Position numbers and translations under genes: made by a program. Source: a virus. Taken from it: 64,000 nt of DNA. The notes under the pieces are model-generated. The model did no database searches, was not told the DNA's origin, and worked only from the letters and a program-made list of their open reading frames with translations. Every line of letters begins with the position of its first letter. Position 1 is the stretch's first letter. Below, piece by piece: positions 37,358 through 46,632 of the stretch. The stretch lies in the IMG/VR virus record IMGVR_UViG_3300036978_000319, positions 14,532-78,531 of that record. One strand, written 5' to 3'.

Positions 37358-40300
37358 ATGGCCCAACAAAACTCAATTTCTACACTACTTCCTGAGCTAT
37401 TAAGGCTATTTAACAATTCGTTAGAGAGCTTTGAAAAGGTTAACCAGGCAATCACATCTAACCGTGACTCGGTTACGGTTGACATTCAAAATAGTGATGG
37501 GACTATCTCCAAGGTCACTGTGCCAAGCTTTGGCTTTCTTAAGAACCAAATTGACACGCTACAGAGTAATGTCAACACAATCACAAATGTAACAGGTGCC
37601 GGCAGTTCTATCCGCCTTAGCGATGGAACATTTCGTAAGCTGGTACTGGCAAAGTTGCCGGCCGAGGCACAGGATCTAACGAGCCTAAACTCGGTTAATC
37701 AGTTTGGCTTTAAGAGTAACTGGTTCTTTGAGAGCCTAATTAATCCTCTCCTATATGTAACATTTGACGTTACTGGACAAGTTCCAATTGACACCGAACG
37801 AGCTATCATTAAGAGGTACATACTTGACCTAAACACGCAGAGTAAAGTTAACTTCTTTAGCTCAAGTTATAAAGGCCGAAGCGATGTTAACTATGACAAG
37901 TTCCTACAAGACATTGTTGAGCGCAATATCTCATATGTACTTGATGAAGCCGTCACAGATCTGCCACCGCGCGAAAAGCGATTTAGCGGACGTTTTAGCG
38001 TCACTCGTATCTCGACTGTTGATTTTACACAGACGGTTAATGGAGTGACTCAGACCACACAGAAAAAGCTCTATAAGCTAAATAAACTCTTTTACTCAGA
38101 TACCGAAGCTGGATTCCCAGATACACTGCAACTTAAGGTAGGCGATAGTCTTGAGGTCGTATCAAATCCAGTTGACACTCGCTATCAAGTGCTCCAAGTT
38201 GACAGCAGCACTAACTCGGTTATTCTTGACCTTGTTGAGGGAGTGAAGGCAATTGGTATTGGAGCCGATGTCATAAAGATTGGCAGTTCATTAAATGATC
38301 AGGTTAGCATTGAGGCAACAGTTGGCTTTAGTGAGTACTGCATGATCTTCATTAAGCCGATTGACCCAGACTCTAAGATGCCGGCCGTCAATTGGTCTCC
38401 GGGTGTTGCGTTCTATACAAATGAGCTAACAACAATTGATCAGTTTGGTACTGAGCAAACCTTAGCTGACTTTTATCAGAACCAGGCAATTGACTTTGGT
38501 CGCTTCCTCTTGTCGTTTGCGCAAGATAAACTGCCAACATCAAAGGAGGGTGTGACACCTAATCCGCCTTCTCTATCGGCAGCTGACTTTGCCGTTAAGC
38601 TTATCAATCAGCAGGTTACAAGCAGCGATGCAATTGTTCAACTACAGGACTTAAATAATCAAAAGAACAGTCTCGAGGCACGTCTTAAGGAACTTGATAC
38701 GGCTATCTCTCAAAAGAGGACTCGTATTCAGACAACAAATTATGCAACACAAGTTGAGCGTGATGCAGATAAGAATGAACTACAGGGACTAATCACAGAC
38801 AGGTCTTCACAGGCTGAACTGTATGCATCAGTTGTAAAGGAGATTGCTGCAAAGGGAGCCGATAATGCGGTCTCTTCAATATCTCCTAAGCATCGTGTCA
38901 GAGGATTCTTTCCGATGCCAGAAGAGAAGTCAACTCCGTCCACCGGAGTACAGGACATTGTTAAGTTTATGATCCGCTATCGCTATCTGTCACAGGACGG
39001 AGCAGCAAACCCAGTGGATCAGTTTTCATTCACCGATGGCACTGGAGAGTCGCAGGGAGCATTTGCAAACTGGGAGATTGTAGAGAGCATAATCAGACCT
39101 CGAGTAAAGAACACTCTAACTGGACAGTTTGAATGGGCAACAATTAATAATGATAATGCTGATGAGGTCAACATTAATCAGGTTGACATTGCAATTAGAA
39201 AGGGAGAGATTGTAGAGATCCAGGCTAAGTCAGTGTCAGAGGCAGGTTGGCCTGGTAACCCACTTATGAGCGACTGGTCAAATGCAGTCCGGGTTGCATT
39301 TCCAGCTGACTTAAGCAGCGACAGTGCAGTAGATGCAATTCTTGAACAAAATCGCGAGGACCTGGCTAGAGTAACTCTTGAGCAGGACCTTAACGCAAAG
39401 GGCATTAATGAGCACCTAGCAAGTTCATTTATTGCAAATGAAAACTATTTTGCTCATACTGCGGCTGTTATTGCGTCAGGCTTCCTATCTGACAATCAGA
39501 CTCCAATTGACCTATTCACTAAGCTCAATCAGATACAAAATCAGTTGGACCTATTTAATGAGATCCTACGTAGAGCACAAGGTAATCTTAAAGTATCCCT
39601 AGTCGATGGGCAAGGTAACGTGATCAACCTTGTTAAAGATACTCTTAACACTGTCTTTGCTGGCTACTATCGCCAAGAAGTGTCTACTCTTGATGATCCG
39701 CGCGGTGCAATTGTGACAAAGACATTCTTCATTAATTTGGAGGACACTGAGCAGACCACACTTCAGCTCATATCAAGAGTGTCTGGTAGTCGTGCTCGTA
39801 TGGTTAAGCAGTCGGAGGATCCTGGGTTTGTCCAAGCCACTGCAATAAACGGCACTACTATATTACCGGCGGTGTATCCGTGGCTTGATAATAGTGAAGC
39901 TAATCAATCCGACGGAAGGCCTACATATTCAGCTAATGATAGTGACTATAACGTACAGCGCCGATACGACATTGCTCCAATCGTCTTGACAAATCCAGCC
40001 GTTGTATTAACTAACAAATATGGGCAGATTAAGTCTCTTCCTCCATATCAGTCATCACAGAATAAGAATCAGTTCATTTATAGCCGCTATAAGGATGTTT
40101 CATCAGAGGAGGTCTTCTACAATTATGTCAGTCCAAATGATAGGTTTGTTATTAACCTAGATGAGGCTGAAAATTCATATAACGTTTCTTATAATGCAGC
40201 ATCAATGCTAAACCAATTTATTTGGGGTGGTGGCTTTATAGGACAGACTACTCCTACAACAACGTTGTCATTTACAGGTAACGATATAGGTGTACATATT

Positions 40301-41182
40301 GAGCACCCAGTCTTAGGTAGCCTGGCTGCATATGAAGCTGAATACCGGGCAAAGACAGGCGATCTTATTACACCAATTTCACTTGGTACTGACTTAACTG
40401 ATACTGCGAAGATCATATTCAGACAGTCTAAGTTTGCACCTCTTGCATCAGATGCTACTAAAGGTAAGCAGCAAAACATATACCTAAATGAAAACATTGT
40501 TGAGTTATTAAACTTACCTCCTGTCCCTTCTCCTGCTTGGCCTATTCCACTAAATACTCCACTGAGCCCTCCGCCTACAGCTAACCCACCGACGCAGAAT
40601 TTTGAAATTAGCCCAACACTATTAGCAATATCCGACCTTACTACGGCAGTGTATAGCCGTAATGCCAAGACAAGCTTTGAAGCAAACGATCAGTACCTAT
40701 TAGGCAAACCGTCCTGTGGTTCATATCTCTTCATAGCATCAGATGATCACGTTAACATCCAAGTGGACGGCGATGCAACTACATCGTTTAAGCCAATCCA
40801 GTTTGGTAGCACAAATGCTCTAACAGTGCCTCTTGTCTTTCAATACCGAATGACGGACTATTGGGGTTCAGGTAGCGGTACACAAGGTGGCTTAGGTAAC
40901 ATTGGTGGTGATACGACTGGTGCTATTACCAATCTAACATATGCTAAGAGAATAGGATTTGACATCTATCCAAATAGTGTAAGTGTGTACCAATATGACA
41001 TTGAGGTGTTTGCTAAGTATAGACCTGATGGATTAAGTACTGACATATTCCCAACAGCCACCATTGCGAGAGGGTTAAATGACCTGGAGCGTGTGATAAG
41101 CAGTCTATCGCCATCAATCACAGAAACCAGTGTTAATCAGCAGGTTAGAGGAGAGCAGGGCTTCACGCAGCTAAGTACATAA
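37358..41182 (+). CDS. Large virion structural protein
   Basis: 1274 aa behind GATATATA (37310); internal coiled coil. Confidence 0.65.
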   Translation: MAQQNSISTLLPELLRLFNNSLESFEKVNQAITSNRDSVTVDIQNSDGTISKVTVPSFGFLKNQIDTLQSNVNTITNVTGAGSSIRLSDGTFRKLVLAKLPAEAQDLTSLNSVNQFGFKSNWFFESLINPLLYVTFDVTGQVPIDTERAIIKRYILDLNTQSKVNFFSSSYKGRSDVNYDKFLQDIVERNISYVLDEAVTDLPPREKRFSGRFSVTRISTVDFTQTVNGVTQTTQKKLYKLNKLFYSDTEAGFPDTLQLKVGDSLEVVSNPVDTRYQVLQVDSSTNSVILDLVEGVKAIGIGADVIKIGSSLNDQVSIEATVGFSEYCMIFIKPIDPDSKMPAVNWSPGVAFYTNELTTIDQFGTEQTLADFYQNQAIDFGRFLLSFAQDKLPTSKEGVTPNPPSLSAADFAVKLINQQVTSSDAIVQLQDLNNQKNSLEARLKELDTAISQKRTRIQTTNYATQVERDADKNELQGLITDRSSQAELYASVVKEIAAKGADNAVSSISPKHRVRGFFPMPEEKSTPSTGVQDIVKFMIRYRYLSQDGAANPVDQFSFTDGTGESQGAFANWEIVESIIRPRVKNTLTGQFEWATINNDNADEVNINQVDIAIRKGEIVEIQAKSVSEAGWPGNPLMSDWSNAVRVAFPADLSSDSAVDAILEQNREDLARVTLEQDLNAKGINEHLASSFIANENYFAHTAAVIASGFLSDNQTPIDLFTKLNQIQNQLDLFNEILRRAQGNLKVSLVDGQGNVINLVKDTLNTVFAGYYRQEVSTLDDPRGAIVTKTFFINLEDTEQTTLQLISRVSGSRARMVKQSEDPGFVQATAINGTTILPAVYPWLDNSEANQSDGRPTYSANDSDYNVQRRYDIAPIVLTNPAVVLTNKYGQIKSLPPYQSSQNKNQFIYSRYKDVSSEEVFYNYVSPNDRFVINLDEAENSYNVSYNAASMLNQFIWGGGFIGQTTPTTTLSFTGNDIGVHIEHPVLGSLAAYEAEYRAKTGDLITPISLGTDLTDTAKIIFRQSKFAPLASDATKGKQQNIYLNENIVELLNLPPVPSPAWPIPLNTPLSPPPTANPPTQNFEISPTLLAISDLTTAVYSRNAKTSFEANDQYLLGKPSCGSYLFIASDDHVNIQVDGDATTSFKPIQFGSTNALTVPLVFQYRMTDYWGSGSGTQGGLGNIGGDTTGAITNLTYAKRIGFDIYPNSVSVYQYDIEVFAKYRPDGLSTDIFPTATIARGLNDLERVISSLSPSITETSVNQQVRGEQGFTQLST

Positions 41183-41244
41183 CATGCTTCATTGACATTG
41201 ATATATAATTAAGAAGACATTAGGTCTCAAAAAAAAAACATATA

Positions 41245-41925
41245 ATGAAACATATTAAACTCTTTGAAGAATTCATTTCAGAACAAGATGTCATTTGTGA
41301 AGCCACTGTTATGATGGACGCGCTAGACCCTAATTCACGAGATCTGAAAAAGCTGCTTAAAAAGCATAATGTAGAGATGGAAATAGGTGCGGGCACTGAT
41401 GCGGGCACTGAAGTCACACTCACTGGTAAAAGAAGTGATCTCGAAAAGGTGCTTGCTGACCCTATGGGCTGGGACGATCCAGACTTGGCCGAATATATCG
41501 AAGAGTCTAAGTCTCTCAATGAAAGTTTTTTGGTCACTGCAGCTGCAGCCGCAGCCGGTGTAGCTGGTCTTATGGTTCTTGTTAAAACCGCCCCTTTCTT
41601 TCGTGCAGTAGCTGGTGAAGCTAGCCAAATGTTAGGATCTGCTGTTTTGAGGAAACTAGAAAAAGACAGACTTGATAAGTACACTGCTATAATCGATGGC
41701 ATTGTGGCTAAGTTTGAGGGTGATGAAGTTCTCAAAACCATGTACACAGAGCTGCCAGCTTATTCAGATCGTGCAAGAGATAAAGCCAGTAATGTTGCTA
41801 GAACTAAGCAGCTTAAGGTTATCGGTGAATATATTAAAACCAAACTGTCTGAAGACGAACTTAAATACTTTGTTGACATTTCAAAATCTTTAAGAGGACT
41901 GGCTGAAATTTCTGAGTCTTACTGA
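41245..41925 (+). CDS. Putative internal head protein with hydrophobic segment
   Basis: Starts MKHIKLFEEFISE; internal SLNES followed by an Ala-rich TM-like stretch; own GATATATA at 41200. Confidence 0.65.
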   Translation: MKHIKLFEEFISEQDVICEATVMMDALDPNSRDLKKLLKKHNVEMEIGAGTDAGTEVTLTGKRSDLEKVLADPMGWDDPDLAEYIEESKSLNESFLVTAAAAAAGVAGLMVLVKTAPFFRAVAGEASQMLGSAVLRKLEKDRLDKYTAIIDGIVAKFEGDEVLKTMYTELPAYSDRARDKASNVARTKQLKVIGEYIKTKLSEDELKYFVDISKSLRGLAEISESY

Positions 41926-42012
41926 ACATAAGGCCTCTTTAATAGCTGCCACATTGGTTTAAGGCAAGAGTCTCCATTAGCCAATGGTGATAAATAAAGA
42001 AAAGAAGAACCA

Positions 42013-45000
42013 ATGGCAGAGAGACTGCTGGACAAAGCATCATACGGTCTGGTCAGGACAAACCCTAAGCTTACAACTAACATAAAGGTTGTTACTAATG
42101 GGAATGACATCTACCTGGAGTCGTTCAGTGCTAACACAGAGCTGTCTTCATCTCGCTTTAAGGCATTTAAGGTTGATGCCGGTTCTACTTATGATCAGGA
42201 TCTCTATCGCTTCTATCAGAACGGCAGCTTCCCAACTGACATTGCATACCAGGTCTATCAGCAATTCCAAGACACTGCGGTGCTGTCTTCATACGACAGC
42301 CAATATGAAATGTTTTATAGTGCAGGAGCACAATCAATTAATTCAGAATCATACATAGAAGATCTAGGCATACTAGCACCACTTTGGCTAAATGAGCAGA
42401 TTCCTAACTATTTTGTTGTCTTTAGGCTTGACAATCCAGCCGCGGTCAATAATCTAAATGCATTAAGTGCAAGTAGTGGAGAGACTGATGCTCAAACTGC
42501 AGCTAAGTTTAGCGAGTTTGTGCTAGAGAACTGCACGGCAATAAAAACATTTGACCTAACCAGTAACACTGGGCTAGGTCGTTACATTAGGAACTATCGC
42601 TCACAAAAAGACTTTCCTATTGCGCCTATTACGGCCACGTGGAGAAGAGATGAACCCTTTCAGTGGAATGGCATTTCTCTAACAAAGGGAGGTTTCTCCA
42701 GCGGAGGAAGCTTTTCTTATGAGGACCTCGTATCCCGGGATGCCACTATTATGCAGAATGAGTACTTCTTTACACAAGGCTTTCAGCGTAATGGTATTGT
42801 TTTGGCTAATTTGCTTAATATGCAGTTTCTATTCAGTGATGAATATGCGCCAGAGTACTCTCTTAATAGGTACTTTGGTCTATATGTCAATGATGTAGCT
42901 GAGGGTAACTTTGATCTATCGGGAGAAGCTTTCTATAAAGGTATTGAGTCCATGCAGACTCCGCGTATCACAACAGTGACACAAGTATCGGATGAGCTAA
43001 ATAGTGAACTCTTCTTAAGTAACCCTCGCGGTGTTCTTATCTATGTTGACCCAGCTACTGTTGAAACACAGACTGGTTTGCCGACACCAGCTCGTGTTAA
43101 CGAAGTTGAGTCCATCTTTTATGTAAAGGATAAGAAGGGTGTATTTCATACCGTGAAAAGAGGAAGTCGCTGGGGGGTAAACCAGATAAGGCTCTTTGAT
43201 AAGAAGATTGACATTTCCCTACTTACCGGCTATAAGCAGCCTGACTCTTTCGCAAGTGCACAAGTTGTACCAGGGCTATCTCGCGCTGCATCCAGTCTTA
43301 CCATACTTGATGAAGTGACTCCGGGCGTGACTATAACATTCTTTGACAGTGGAATACAAGTAGGACAGGTTGCAGCCGAAGTGACCCTAACGGCTGGACC
43401 TGGGACAAATAATGGTGCCTTTTTTAATCCTACGGGAACTCTGCCGGAGATTGCAAAGGCTCTTGCCACTGCTATCAATCAAGGCATACCTAAAGACAAC
43501 AGATACTTTGAGGCTACATATAGTGATGACACTGTTTATGTAAGAAGCCTTTTTGGTGGTAGCCGTTTCAATCGAATAAGTTTTGCGATTGACTGGGTGT
43601 CATATCCCAGTGCACAATTATCATCATACCCAGAAACCAGCCTAGCTAATCCAAGTGCAAACTTTGTAGGTGGTGGTGACTTTATGGGAGGGCAGCTTAA
43701 AGTGGCTATTGGTGACCAGGCTAGGTTTAAGCCGGGCAACTTTGTTAAGACTAAGGGAGGATTTGCTAAGATAGGTCCCTATATACCCTATCTTGAGCTA
43801 CCTATTAGAGATGCATTAGGCAGGATCATTGGCTATCGTGAGGTTGATGAATTTGTGATTGTGACAGTTGAGACCGACCAGGTTCTCCTAACAGGATCCA
43901 GCCAGGCCGCTCTTTACAGCAACTTTAAGCCAGAGTTTGGTCGATTCTCATTCTTTCCAGTAAGAGACTTTGATTATGACTTTTATAGTGACCTGTATAG
44001 CCAGGATGGAGAGCTCCTATATGAAATTGCATACTATAATGCGGTAAGTGCGCCTGGTCAATACATTGGTGTTGCAGCTAATCCTGACATACGAGACTTT
44101 TATGATGAGGGTGGATTTGCCACTCTAATTGGACTACTACGAGAGTCAAATCCTGACTTTGATTTTGACACTATTATTGCGAGTGAGTATTCTCGTCTTG
44201 AGGAAAACTATCTAAAGGAGCAGGCTGTTGCATCAAGAGTGATACCTTACATTAATAAGTGGGGCTATTTCAAAGATGGTCGTGATACACGGAATCATCC
44301 ATATCGCCTTGACCTAAGTGAAGCATTTACACTTAACAACTTTGCACCATCCCGATATGATGCCAAGCAAAGTCCCTTTGGCTTTTCGCATGAATGGTCT
44401 TACCTATGTGAGTTCCCACCCTATTTTGGACAAGATGCCATTGAGGATAGTTGGAGCTATTTTGATACTGCACCTACTGATTCAGTTGAACCTAATCCCT
44501 TTACTGGATCTCCCTACATACCAGGTACATTTCAATCGGTAGTCAACAACTATTTTGATGAGTACTTTATTGCTGATAAGTTCACTACAGGCAATCAGAT
44601 CACTCTAATTGATAGGCAGCTTAGATACGGCCGATTTAGAGGTGGTGACCGTGATAACTTTGCCGAGGCATTCTTACGCGGGGTCAGAGTCATTGCCAAG
44701 CCTAAAGCCTTGAATAGTCAAAGACAAAACTTTAATGCAGCCAGGCTAAGTTATGTTAGGAACAGCAGTTTTAATGACTATAAGTTTTCGTGTATGTTGG
44801 TTCCAAATGCGCCAGATAAGCCAAAGTCGCAGATAAAATTTGTTAAAAATGATAAATGGAAGACGGTTACAATGCTTATCTTTGCCAGTCTTGATGAAGA
44901 GTGCATTAATGATGGACGCCAATACATTGACCGCACTAGCCTATATGCTCTATCAAACAGCTATGTATATGACCCGCTAACATGCCAGCCCGTTATCACA

Positions 45001-46626
45001 ACAGATGGCTCATACGAGTATAAGAATGGTATTATGCAAGGTGCAATCAGTCTGCAGAGTTCCAGCTCCAGCGGCGGATCATATCAAATCATAGGGCAGA
45101 CTGACATTAATGGAGTTTCTACTAAGTTTACAAGAGATGTCACTATTGGACTAGATGGGCAGTACACGCCAATCCAATTCCAAATTGCCGGTGATACATA
45201 TGTGATTTCACAGATCTCTCAGGTCATTAATGACTTTACTTTGATTGCTGGTGATGTTACACGAAATGGCAGTACTATAGCACTGCCTGATCCTGGAGCA
45301 TCTACGATTGCACTCAAGCAGGCAACGTATGTTACTATAGGTGGAGGTGCTGGCACGTTTACAAGGGTATTAGATAGTGTTTCTTTTGCCGAGATTGCGA
45401 ACCAGGTGAATGTAGGCAGCCCTGACATCATATATGAAACAATCCAAGAGAATGGAGAACCTGTAAGAAATCAGGACGGTACACTATCACAAACATTCTC
45501 AATTGAGCTACGAGCACAGGATGACATTATTAAGTCAGTTTACTTAGGTGTTCTGCCTGACCCAAATAAGCCGACTATCTTTAACCTAGTCAATGTGATT
45601 GGGTATGATCTTAGCCTACAGACTTCGCCACGTATCACTCCAATTGCTCGTCACTCCAACTATTATGAGCCTTATGCAAAAGACCTGTTCTTCTTTAGAG
45701 ATCCCTATTTAGGGATTGACTTTAATAGTCCTACTGGCAGCACTGCGACAGACAGCACTGGTGGAGGCATACCTGATGAAGACTATAAGTTAAGGGTACT
45801 TGCACTTATGCGCTATAAAAACACACAGTTCTATAGTGCTCACATTGGCTTTGGCCAGATAGAGAGAATGTTCTATCATAAGGTAAATGTTGAAGATGCA
45901 TCAAGTGTATTGGAACTCTCACAAGACAGTGCATTTCTTAGCCTATACCCTCTTATTAATGAGGTTGGTATCGCATATCGTGACTTTTATGCCTTCTCTT
46001 CCAACTGGGAGCCTGGCTATTTTAGAAAGAGTATTGATAAGACACAGGTACAAAGTGTGATTGGGACAAGGTCAATGCTTGAAAAGAAGTCATTCTTTGG
46101 CAGTAAGTACTTAAAGGTACCTAGTGAAATCATATTAGAAACATTCATACCTAGCCCTTTTAGCGAAGATGCAATTACCGACCCATCTCTCGTACCAGGA
46201 AACTTTATGTATGTTGAGAACCAGTCAACAGTGCAGTTCTATCTGTTCATTCAAAAGAGACTAATACAGGAGCTTGCACCCAACATAAAGGCAACACTGC
46301 AGCAGTATGTTAATCCGCTATATGGGTTTGGCAGTGAAGAAACTATTGATGATGATGTTTCACAGTACATTATTCAAAACCTATTACAGCTCTATAAGGT
46401 TGACCGGATTGAGCTGTTTGTTAAGCAGTCTAGACTGGAACAACCTAATGACTATACAACCGCCGCACTCTCCAATGAAGAAAAGGCAATAGCAGGTCTT
46501 AGACTTACTGATGCATTCTCATCTAGACTCTTAAACACAAATCAGTTTGATACAAGGCTAATATATAACAGGAGGCTAGGTTTCTCAGAATCCTTTGGGT
46601 TTAATATAGTCATAGTTAAAAAGTAA
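42013..46626 (+). CDS. Large virion structural protein
   Basis: 1537 aa behind GATAAATA (41989), in the structural cluster. Confidence 0.65.
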   Translation: MAERLLDKASYGLVRTNPKLTTNIKVVTNGNDIYLESFSANTELSSSRFKAFKVDAGSTYDQDLYRFYQNGSFPTDIAYQVYQQFQDTAVLSSYDSQYEMFYSAGAQSINSESYIEDLGILAPLWLNEQIPNYFVVFRLDNPAAVNNLNALSASSGETDAQTAAKFSEFVLENCTAIKTFDLTSNTGLGRYIRNYRSQKDFPIAPITATWRRDEPFQWNGISLTKGGFSSGGSFSYEDLVSRDATIMQNEYFFTQGFQRNGIVLANLLNMQFLFSDEYAPEYSLNRYFGLYVNDVAEGNFDLSGEAFYKGIESMQTPRITTVTQVSDELNSELFLSNPRGVLIYVDPATVETQTGLPTPARVNEVESIFYVKDKKGVFHTVKRGSRWGVNQIRLFDKKIDISLLTGYKQPDSFASAQVVPGLSRAASSLTILDEVTPGVTITFFDSGIQVGQVAAEVTLTAGPGTNNGAFFNPTGTLPEIAKALATAINQGIPKDNRYFEATYSDDTVYVRSLFGGSRFNRISFAIDWVSYPSAQLSSYPETSLANPSANFVGGGDFMGGQLKVAIGDQARFKPGNFVKTKGGFAKIGPYIPYLELPIRDALGRIIGYREVDEFVIVTVETDQVLLTGSSQAALYSNFKPEFGRFSFFPVRDFDYDFYSDLYSQDGELLYEIAYYNAVSAPGQYIGVAANPDIRDFYDEGGFATLIGLLRESNPDFDFDTIIASEYSRLEENYLKEQAVASRVIPYINKWGYFKDGRDTRNHPYRLDLSEAFTLNNFAPSRYDAKQSPFGFSHEWSYLCEFPPYFGQDAIEDSWSYFDTAPTDSVEPNPFTGSPYIPGTFQSVVNNYFDEYFIADKFTTGNQITLIDRQLRYGRFRGGDRDNFAEAFLRGVRVIAKPKALNSQRQNFNAARLSYVRNSSFNDYKFSCMLVPNAPDKPKSQIKFVKNDKWKTVTMLIFASLDEECINDGRQYIDRTSLYALSNSYVYDPLTCQPVITTDGSYEYKNGIMQGAISLQSSSSSGGSYQIIGQTDINGVSTKFTRDVTIGLDGQYTPIQFQIAGDTYVISQISQVINDFTLIAGDVTRNGSTIALPDPGASTIALKQATYVTIGGGAGTFTRVLDSVSFAEIANQVNVGSPDIIYETIQENGEPVRNQDGTLSQTFSIELRAQDDIIKSVYLGVLPDPNKPTIFNLVNVIGYDLSLQTSPRITPIARHSNYYEPYAKDLFFFRDPYLGIDFNSPTGSTATDSTGGGIPDEDYKLRVLALMRYKNTQFYSAHIGFGQIERMFYHKVNVEDASSVLELSQDSAFLSLYPLINEVGIAYRDFYAFSSNWEPGYFRKSIDKTQVQSVIGTRSMLEKKSFFGSKYLKVPSEIILETFIPSPFSEDAITDPSLVPGNFMYVENQSTVQFYLFIQKRLIQELAPNIKATLQQYVNPLYGFGSEETIDDDVSQYIIQNLLQLYKVDRIELFVKQSRLEQPNDYTTAALSNEEKAIAGLRLTDAFSSRLLNTNQFDTRLIYNRRLGFSESFGFNIVIVKK

Positions 46627-46632
46627 GTAGAG

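Noticed and set aside
41930-41990. Rho-independent terminator after the 41245 gene
   Set aside because: Only short, imperfect stems and no U-tract.
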